Shown here: in pieces, positions 26,628 to 33,900 of the stretch
How positions within the stretch are numbered: position 1 is the stretch's first letter
How the letters are laid out: each line of letters starts with the position of its first letter
DNA from: Candidatus Margulisiibacteriota bacterium
GTDB lineage: Bacteria > Margulisbacteria > WOR-1 > XYC2-FULL-46-14
Direction: 5' to 3'
Length of the DNA: 53,687 nt
Assembly: GCA_042563095.1 (NCBI GenBank)
Contig: JBHPMS010000003.1
Location: 1 to 53,687, forward strand
Notes under the pieces: model-generated
Database searches by the model: none
What the model was told of the DNA's origin: nothing
What the model saw: the letters and a program-made list of their open reading frames with translations, nothing else
Translations under genes and position numbers: made by a program

Positions 26628-27746
26628 TTATTTCACCTTCGGCCAGACCAGATCGTAATTCACACTGCGGCCCTGGCCGGGCAATTGGCGCAGGATTTTT
26701 TTGGCGAGCAAATCTGCAATTTCACGAAAGGCGGTGGCGCGGCTGATCTTGGCTATACTGACATACTTGCGAGTAGTCAAGCCGCCGATAAAATTGCCAG
26801 GTCCGGCTTCTAAAATCCGGTTTAAAACTTTCTTCTGATGCCCGTTAAGATCTGCCTGGGCATGCTTATTCCAAAAGTCAACCCGCATAAATATGTTATT
26901 AATAATGTTCCGGGAATGCTCAATCGAAGCAGTAATACATTTTATAAACCAGAGGAACCACTCTGTTGTGTCAGCCCGGCAGCATTGCACATCTTCAAGG
27001 ATTTGATAGTATTGGTTCCTTTTGCGCATTATTTCGGATGAGACGCTGTAAAACCTGACTTTTAAATTTTCATCCTGTGCCAGAGCCATGTCTGTTAAAG
27101 CCCTGGCCAAACGGCCGTTGCCGTCTTCGTAAGGGTGAATTGTTAAAAAACGTAAGTGTGCTGCTGCCGCGCGCAGTACGCCGTCCATGCTCCCGGATGA
27201 TGAATTCCACCATCTTATAAAAAGACGCATTTCCTCACTTAGCTGCTTTTTTGGAACAGCTTCGAAATGAACCTTCTCCTTTCCGATCGGCCCCGAAACT
27301 ATCTGCATCGGTTCATGTCCACGCAGTTTTCCGGCCGCTATTTTACTCAAGCCTGAATATCCGGCAGGAAAGAGCGCCGCCTGCCAACCGTTAAGCCGCG
27401 ATAGCGTTAAAGGTTTATTGTGAAAACGAACAGCCCCCAATAAAACATCCACCAGGCCATCAACTTTCCTGTCGTGGGATCCAACACCGCGCGGCAAACC
27501 GAGTCTTACCGCCACTGACGACCGAACAGTATTTTGGTTAAGTTTTTGTCCTTCGATTTCTGCAGTCCGGATGGCTTCTTCTACCAAAACAGCCCCCTGT
27601 GCTTCTGTTTCAAGCTTAATATCAAGAGAGGCGATGCGCCCCAATAATTTTCCCTGTATGACCCGTAAATGGCTTAACGGTTCGAGCATAATACTGTCGT
27701 CATATTTAAAATCAAACCAGTTGTTACGCTGCCAGAGGTATTTCAT
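26628..27746 (-). CDS. Fic family protein (DUF4172-type N-terminus, C-terminal HTH)
   Basis: HPYEDGNGRLAR Fic motif; N-terminal inhibitory-type TAEIEG motif. Confidence 0.92.
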   Translation of the reverse strand: MKYLWQRNNWFDFKYDDSIMLEPLSHLRVIQGKLLGRIASLDIKLETEAQGAVLVEEAIRTAEIEGQKLNQNTVRSSVAVRLGLPRGVGSHDRKVDGLVDVLLGAVRFHNKPLTLSRLNGWQAALFPAGYSGLSKIAAGKLRGHEPMQIVSGPIGKEKVHFEAVPKKQLSEEMRLFIRWWNSSSGSMDGVLRAAAAHLRFLTIHPYEDGNGRLARALTDMALAQDENLKVRFYSVSSEIMRKRNQYYQILEDVQCCRADTTEWFLWFIKCITASIEHSRNIINNIFMRVDFWNKHAQADLNGHQKKVLNRILEAGPGNFIGGLTTRKYVSIAKISRATAFREIADLLAKKILRQLPGQGRSVNYDLVWPKVK

Positions 27747-27883
27747 GCATTCTCCTCATGAGGCGATTAGGGGTATTAATCGCTTCACTATTTGATACAA
27801 TTATATAACGGTGTAAGTTGGACAGTCAAGCATCTTTTTGGAGGAAGCCTTTACGAATCCTTAACGATATGTTAAAATAAAAT

Positions 27884-28306
27884 ATGTTGTCCTCCCGCCA
27901 GCGTGAAATTTTAGATTTATTAAAACAGCACCAATATTTGCCAGGCCGAGAACTGCAGAAAACCTTAAAAATATCCCGCGCCCGGCTTAATCAATTGATT
28001 GTGCCGCTGATAAAAAAGAGATTAGTAAAAAGTGAAGGTTATGCCCGCGCTACCAGATATCTAATCACCGACAAACGCACTTTTGAGCAGATTAACGCTG
28101 AAAACTGGAAGCTGAGAAATAAAGTTCGTGAGCTAGAAAATACCTTGGAAGACCGCAGGATAATTGAGCGGGCTAAAGAAATACTGATTGCTGAGTTTGA
28201 TATTTTACCGACCGAAGCGTATCGAAAAATGCAGGAGCAGAGCATGGATTCTGGACGTTCAATGCGCAAAATCGCGGATAGAATTTTATCTGCTTATGAA
28301 GTTTAA
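27884..28306 (+). CDS. Winged-HTH plus ANTAR RNA-binding domain fusion
   Basis: N-terminal RQREILDLL...ELQKTLKISRARLNQLIVPLIKKRLVKSEG; coiled coil; RRIIERAKEILIAEF...EAYRKMQEQSM...KIADRIL (ANTAR). Confidence 0.85.
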   Translation: MLSSRQREILDLLKQHQYLPGRELQKTLKISRARLNQLIVPLIKKRLVKSEGYARATRYLITDKRTFEQINAENWKLRNKVRELENTLEDRRIIERAKEILIAEFDILPTEAYRKMQEQSMDSGRSMRKIADRILSAYEV

Positions 28307-28307
28307 A

Positions 28308-28336
28308 TTGAAGCGCAAGCAATAAAATGGTATAAT
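28308..28336 (+). promoter_or_regulatory. Sigma70 promoter upstream of carA
   Basis: TTGAAG-17 bp-TATAAT. Confidence 0.7.
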
Positions 28337-28351
28337 AGGTCAAAAGACAGG

Positions 28352-28376
28352 GACGTCGCAAGACGTCTTTTTTTTT
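28352..28376 (+). terminator. Intrinsic terminator in the carA leader (attenuator)
   Basis: GACGTC-GCAA-GACGTC hairpin followed by T9, between the promoter and the carA RBS. Confidence 0.8.
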
Positions 28377-28400
28377 ATCCTAAGCAAGGAGGAAAGTAAA

Positions 28401-29411
28401 ATGAAAGCAGTCTTAGCATTAGAAGATGGGACCATATTTGAAGGAAAATCTTTTGGGGCAGAGGGAGAGGCATTGGGAGAAATAGTTTTTAATACCCAGG
28501 TTTTTGGTTACCAGGAAATCTTAACTGATCCAGCCTATGGTGGAAAGCTGGTTACGATGGGCTATCCGCAAATCGGGAATGTTGGTATTAATGATAAATC
28601 TTTTGAATCTGATTCTGCCCACGCTAGAGCTCTGGTCATAAAAGAATACAGCCGGATCTATAGTAACTGGCAGGCGACCGGGTCACTTGCAGATTTTATG
28701 AAAAAACATAAAGTTGTAGGGATCGAAGGAATTGATACACGAGCTTTAACGACACATATCAGAGATAATTGGGAGATGAAGGCTATAGTGTCGACCAAGG
28801 ATTTTGATAAAGATTCTTTGGTGGAAAAAGCTAAACAATTCGAACTTCAAACTGCAAACCTCAAATCTCAAAACAAATCAAAAACTCCAAATTCTAAATC
28901 CAAAACCATAATAATAGATTTAGGAGTTAATAATAGTACCCTGGCAAGATATGAAGGAGCAAAAGTTGTGTCTTCTGCTATAAAAGCGGAAAAGATTTTG
29001 GATGGTAAGCCGAAACAGGTGGTTATTTCTTCTGGGCCGGTAGATCCCAGGAAATTAGATGGATTAGTTGAAGAAGTTAAAAAACTGATCGATAAAGTTC
29101 CTATCTATGGAATACAGAATGGTGCCTGTGTCCTGGCTTTGGCACTCGCTTGCCAGGTACATAAGATGAAGGTTGGGCATCATGGAGTAAATCAGCCGGT
29201 AGTTGATCCGAAAACCGGTCGCGGCGAGATTTCAATGCAGAACCACAGTTATGGGATCAAGGAAGTGCCTAAAAGTATTAAAATAGTCCATGTTAATTTG
29301 AATGATAAGACCATTGAAAGGTTTGAGACCAAAGATGGGGCCTGTGTCGGCACACTCTATTTTCCAATCGATGAACGGGGCAAGTTAGATAAAGGATACA
29401 GGAGGGTATAA
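28401..29411 (+). CDS. carA: Carbamoyl-phosphate synthase small subunit with degenerate glutaminase site
   Basis: LALEDGTIFEG, GEIVFNT, YQEILTDPAY, GIDTRALT. GICLG is GIQNG here and QYHPE is LYFPI. Confidence 0.9.
   Translation: MKAVLALEDGTIFEGKSFGAEGEALGEIVFNTQVFGYQEILTDPAYGGKLVTMGYPQIGNVGINDKSFESDSAHARALVIKEYSRIYSNWQATGSLADFMKKHKVVGIEGIDTRALTTHIRDNWEMKAIVSTKDFDKDSLVEKAKQFELQTANLKSQNKSKTPNSKSKTIIIDLGVNNSTLARYEGAKVVSSAIKAEKILDGKPKQVVISSGPVDPRKLDGLVEEVKKLIDKVPIYGIQNGACVLALALACQVHKMKVGHHGVNQPVVDPKTGRGEISMQNHSYGIKEVPKSIKIVHVNLNDKTIERFETKDGACVGTLYFPIDERGKLDKGYRRV
28845..28905. repeat. Degenerate heptamer array in the carA interdomain linker
   Basis: CTTCAAA CTGCAAA CCTCAAA TCTCAAA ... CTCCAAA TTCTAAA TCCAAAA. 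Confidence 0.75.
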
Positions 29412-29412
29412 C

Positions 29413-32400
29413 GTGCCAAAAAGAACAGACATAAAAAAGATCCTAATCATCAGTTCCGGACCAATTGTGATCGGACAGGCGTGTGAGTTTGATTATTCTG
29501 GATCGCAGGCCTGCAAAGCTTTGCGGGAGGAAGGGTATGAGACGGTTTTGATCAATTCAAATCCAGCAACGATTATGACCGATCCGGGGATGGCGGATCG
29601 GACTTATATTGAACCGCTCGAACCAGAATTTATAGAAAAGATTATTATAAAAGAAAAACCGGATGCTCTCCTTCCAACTTTGGGCGGCCAGACCGGACTT
29701 AACATGGGTTTTTTTCTTTCTAAAGCAGGAATTCTACAAAAATACGGGGTAGAAATTATTGGTGCTGATGCTAAAGCAATTGAGCGGGCCGAAGACCGGG
29801 AGAAATTTAAAGAGACGATGGCCAGTATCGGTTTGGATGTTCCAGAATCAGGAACTGTAAATTCAGTTGAGGACGGATTAGTTCTGGGTGAAAAGATCGG
29901 TTTTCCAATTATTCTACGGCCTGCTTTTACTATGGGGGGGGCGGGAGGATCATGTGTCTATAATGTAGATGAATTAAAGAAGGCTTTAGAATATGCCTTA
30001 GAGGTTTCCCCGCTTAAACAGGTTTTAGTTGAAAAGTCTGTTCTTGGCTGGAAAGAGGTAGAGTTCGAAGTTATCCGTGATTGTAAGGATAATGTAATCA
30101 TTGTAACCTCAATGGAAAATATTGATGCGATGGGCGTACATACTGGTGATTCTATTGTAGTTGCTCCCGCTCAGACAATAACTACAGAAGAATTTTTTGA
30201 ATTGGAGAACTGGTGTAAAAAAATTATCCGCGCAGTTGGAATTAATGGTGGCGGCACCAATATCCAGTTCGCAGTGAATCCGGAGAATGGGAAGATCGTA
30301 ATTATTGAGATCAATCCTCGGGTTTCTCGCTCCTCTGCCTTAGCCTCCAAAGCCACCGGCTTCCCAATCGCCCGGGTGGCAGCAAAGCTGGCAATCGGTT
30401 TAAGTTTGGATGAAATAGTAAACCAGGTAACCGGAAAGACCTATACTTATTTTGAACCGACGGTTGATTACTGTGTTTTCAAAGTATGCCGTTTTACTTT
30501 TGAAAAATTCCCGGATGCAGATCCGATTTTAACCACCTCGATGAAAGCAGTAGGAGAGGCAATGTCGATCGGCAGAAACTATAAAGAGTCATTACAAAAA
30601 GGCATTCGTTCGCTTGAATACCGTCGTTTTGGCCTGGGGGCGGATGGCCGTGATGTTCCAGATGAACTTTCAAAAGACCCTGAACTGGTAAAGCAGAAAC
30701 TGGTTTATCCAAATGCTGATCGGATCTTCTGGGTGCGTTACGCGATAAAGAATGGAATGAGTAACCAAGAAATCTTTGAACATTCAAAAATGGATCCGTG
30801 GTTTGTTGACCAGATGCGCCAGATTGTAGAGGTAGAGGAGGAGGTAGTAAAGTATAAGCTTTCAACCATTCCAGATGCGGTTATGTATAAAGCTAAAGAT
30901 ACCGGTTTTTCTGATGTGCAAATTGCGCATCTTGTAAAATCTGACGAGGTTAAAGTATATAACCACCGTAAAAAGAAAGGGATCATGCCCGGTTATAAAT
31001 TAGTTGATACCTGTGGAGGTGAAGTTGATCCAATGAAACCGTATTTTTATTCTACTTATAATAATTCCAAAGATGAAAGCCGTGCAACGGATAAGAAAAA
31101 GGTGATGGTATTAGGAGGGGGTCCCAACCGGATTGGGCAGGGGATCGAATTTGATTACTGTTGCTGTCATGCTTCGTTTGCCCTAAAAGAAGAAGGCTAT
31201 GAAGCGATCATGGTCAATTCAAATCCAGAAACGGTTTCGACCGACTTTGATACTTCTGACCGGCTCTATTTTGAACCGTTAACCCGCGAAGATGTTTTGC
31301 ATATTGTTGAAAAGGAAAAACCGTTCGGTGTGATTGTCCAATTCGGCGGGCAGACCCCGCTTAATATTGCTCACCAATTAGAAGAAGCGGGTGTTCCGAT
31401 TTTAGGAACCTCGGTTGAATCAATTGACCGTTCCGAGGATCGGAAAAAATTCCAGTCTTTGTTAAAAAAACTTAAACTAACTCAACCAGCTAACGATACA
31501 GCAATTTCTTTCGCAGAAGCAAAAAAGGTTGCGGACCAGATCGGTTATCCGGTAGTTGTTCGTCCTTCTTATGTTTTAGGCGGCCGCGCGATGAAAATTG
31601 TTTATGACGAGGGGGATCTAGAAGAGTATATGCAAAAAGCAGTAATTGCATCCCCGGACCGTCCAATTTTGATCGATAAATTCCTGGAAGATGCGGTTGA
31701 AATTGATGTTGATTGTGTTTCTGATGGTGAAGAGTCGATGGTTTGCGGGATTATGGAGCATATCGAAGAAGCCGGAATCCACTCCGGTGACTCAGCCTGT
31801 GTTATTCCTAGTTTCTCACTTTCAAAATCAATGATCAAAGAACTAAAAGAAGCAAGTTATGCACTCGCAAAAGAATTAAAAGTTAAAGGATTGATGAATA
31901 TCCAGTTTGCAGTAAAAGGGAGCAAACTTTATGTTTTAGAAGTTAATCCACGGGCATCGCGTACGATTCCGTATGTTAGTAAAGCAACTGGAATTCCGTG
32001 GGCCAATATTGCAACCAAAGCGATGCTGGGTACTTCTCTGAAAGAATTAGGCGCTAAGGAATTTGTCCCGGAGCATTTTTCGGTGAAAGAAGCAGTTTTC
32101 CCCTTTAACCGTTTCCACGGAGTTGATGCGATTTTGGGTCCGGAAATGAAATCAACCGGCGAGGTAATGGGGATTGATGCTGATCTCGGGATTGCCTACA
32201 TGAAAGCGCAGATTGCGGCCGGGCAAAAACTTCCTTTGGAAGGAAGAATTTTTGTTTCTGTAAATGATCGGGATAAACGCCGGATTGTTGATGTTGCCAA
32301 GCGGATTGCTGCTTTAGGATATTCAATTGTTTCAACCGCCGGGACGGCGGCAGTATTGCGCAAGAACGGTTTAGAGGTTGAAGAAGTAGCCAAATTAGGA

Positions 32401-32634
32401 GAAGGGCGCCCGGACGTCGTAGATCTGATTAAAAATGGGAAGATTCAACTATTAATAAATACGCCCGGAGATAAAAGGACCAAGGTTGACGAAACCAAAA
32501 TCCGCTCTGGTGCAATCATGCATATGATACCGATTGTCACTACACTTGCCGGGGCACGGGCAACGGTGAACGGACTTGAGGCCGCAAAGAAGAAAGGCTT
32601 TAAAGTAAAAGCCTTGCAGGATTACCATAAGTAA
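29413..32634 (+). CDS. carB: Carbamoyl-phosphate synthase large subunit
   Basis: GPIVIGQACEFDYSG, GVHTGDS, NRIGQGIEFDY, GIHSGDS, EMKSTGEVMG; 1073 aa, full length. Confidence 0.98.
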   Translation: MPKRTDIKKILIISSGPIVIGQACEFDYSGSQACKALREEGYETVLINSNPATIMTDPGMADRTYIEPLEPEFIEKIIIKEKPDALLPTLGGQTGLNMGFFLSKAGILQKYGVEIIGADAKAIERAEDREKFKETMASIGLDVPESGTVNSVEDGLVLGEKIGFPIILRPAFTMGGAGGSCVYNVDELKKALEYALEVSPLKQVLVEKSVLGWKEVEFEVIRDCKDNVIIVTSMENIDAMGVHTGDSIVVAPAQTITTEEFFELENWCKKIIRAVGINGGGTNIQFAVNPENGKIVIIEINPRVSRSSALASKATGFPIARVAAKLAIGLSLDEIVNQVTGKTYTYFEPTVDYCVFKVCRFTFEKFPDADPILTTSMKAVGEAMSIGRNYKESLQKGIRSLEYRRFGLGADGRDVPDELSKDPELVKQKLVYPNADRIFWVRYAIKNGMSNQEIFEHSKMDPWFVDQMRQIVEVEEEVVKYKLSTIPDAVMYKAKDTGFSDVQIAHLVKSDEVKVYNHRKKKGIMPGYKLVDTCGGEVDPMKPYFYSTYNNSKDESRATDKKKVMVLGGGPNRIGQGIEFDYCCCHASFALKEEGYEAIMVNSNPETVSTDFDTSDRLYFEPLTREDVLHIVEKEKPFGVIVQFGGQTPLNIAHQLEEAGVPILGTSVESIDRSEDRKKFQSLLKKLKLTQPANDTAISFAEAKKVADQIGYPVVVRPSYVLGGRAMKIVYDEGDLEEYMQKAVIASPDRPILIDKFLEDAVEIDVDCVSDGEESMVCGIMEHIEEAGIHSGDSACVIPSFSLSKSMIKELKEASYALAKELKVKGLMNIQFAVKGSKLYVLEVNPRASRTIPYVSKATGIPWANIATKAMLGTSLKELGAKEFVPEHFSVKEAVFPFNRFHGVDAILGPEMKSTGEVMGIDADLGIAYMKAQIAAGQKLPLEGRIFVSVNDRDKRRIVDVAKRIAALGYSIVSTAGTAAVLRKNGLEVEEVAKLGEGRPDVVDLIKNGKIQLLINTPGDKRTKVDETKIRSGAIMHMIPIVTTLAGARATVNGLEAAKKKGFKVKALQDYHK

Positions 32635-33301
32635 ACTAATCCGCCTGCAAAAATATTGTTCGGAAAAAGGGATAGCCTCTCGTCGTAAAGCTGAGGAATT
32701 AATTCAGAAAGGTCAAATAAATGTTAATGGTAAAGTTGTAACTGAATTAGGATTCAAGGTTGATCCTGAAAAAGATAAGGTAGAACTTCTTAAAAAGCAA
32801 CAGCATACATATATAATGTTAAACAAACCTTCTGGATTTGTGACTAATCTTCCAAAAGAAGGGGAGCGGGAGGCTTCGGAGCTTTTACCCAAACATCTTC
32901 GTAAAAAATTACATGCAATTGGACGGATGGATAAGCAGTCTGACGGGCTTCTTCTTTTTACCGATGATGGTGTTTTGGCCCATCGCTTAACCTCTCCCAA
33001 GTTTGATCATGAAAAAGAATATATTGTGAAAGTTGATAAAGAGATCGAAGAATGGATTCTAGAGCGTTATCGGAAAGGTATTGTTATTCTTGGAGAAAAA
33101 ACCAAACCAGTTCAGGTTGAGAAAGTTGAAGATAAGGTTTATCGTTTTATCCTGCGCGAAGGAAAAAACCGCCAAATCCGCCGGATGCTGAGCAATTACC
33201 AAATTAGAACATTACGATTGCAAAGAGTGCGAATTGCCAACATAAAATTGGATAACCTAAGAGAAGGCCATTACCGAACAATTAACGTATTCTTCGAATG
33301 A
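32627..33301 (+). CDS. RluB/RsuA-family pseudouridine synthase (S4 plus catalytic domain)
   Basis: GRMDKQSDGLLLFTDDG, EKEYIV, EGKNRQIRRM. The frame upstream of the ORF-track ATG (32816) encodes the S4 domain IRLQKY...SRRKAEELI; only ATA (32627) or ATT (32621) can start it. Confidence 0.88.
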   Translation: MSKLIRLQKYCSEKGIASRRKAEELIQKGQINVNGKVVTELGFKVDPEKDKVELLKKQQHTYIMLNKPSGFVTNLPKEGEREASELLPKHLRKKLHAIGRMDKQSDGLLLFTDDGVLAHRLTSPKFDHEKEYIVKVDKEIEEWILERYRKGIVILGEKTKPVQVEKVEDKVYRFILREGKNRQIRRMLSNYQIRTLRLQRVRIANIKLDNLREGHYRTINVFFE

Positions 33302-33855
33302 TTCTTGTATTTATCGTATTCAGCCTGGTTCCAAAAAATTAATTTCTGTTCCGGTTTTTCTTTTCGTTTGGCTTTAGCTGCTTTTTCTTCATCAATCACC
33401 ACCCGACTAATTCCATCTAACGCAAAACGCATGTTGTAGATATAGTGATCAAAGGGCGGGACGCATTTATAAACATAAACTAAATCTTCAATTTTTTTAG
33501 TTTTGCGGTATTTTTTGTACCAGTGTCGGGTCCCAATTAATTTGTGGGTATAATAAATATTGTGAAAGATATTATTAAAGCCAGTTGCTCCATTTAGGAT
33601 TCCGGTTAAGTTATGTTTACTTTTTGGATAGGCTCTGCCAAAACCGCTCTCTGCTCCAGAGATGGCAACATAAAGACGATAATCGAGGTCGAATTTGTCG
33701 GCACACTCGACAATTTCATCGGTGTATTCTAATAGCGGGCTGTTCGGTTCATAGCGTTGCAGGAATTTTTCGATTCTAACAGCACGCAGATCACGGGCGT
33801 TGACGGATGGGCCAATTAGTAGAATAATAGTAACTAAATAAATTAGGAACTTCAT
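33271..33855 (-). CDS. Exported lysozyme-fold (glucosaminidase-like) protein
   Basis: Signal peptide; SPLLEY...DYRLYVAISGAESGFG pattern. Confidence 0.5.
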   Translation of the reverse strand: MKFLIYLVTIILLIGPSVNARDLRAVRIEKFLQRYEPNSPLLEYTDEIVECADKFDLDYRLYVAISGAESGFGRAYPKSKHNLTGILNGATGFNNIFHNIYYTHKLIGTRHWYKKYRKTKKIEDLVYVYKCVPPFDHYIYNMRFALDGISRVVIDEEKAAKAKRKEKPEQKLIFWNQAEYDKYKNHSKNTLIVR

Positions 33856-33900
33856 AAAATATTATCGCATGATAATAATATAATTTCAGGGAAATTTAAA

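Noticed and set aside
28401-29411. Calling carA a pseudogene
   Set aside because: The frame is uninterrupted, the RBS is strong, the N-terminal domain is conserved, spacing to carB is 1 bp, and the losses are concentrated at catalytic motifs.
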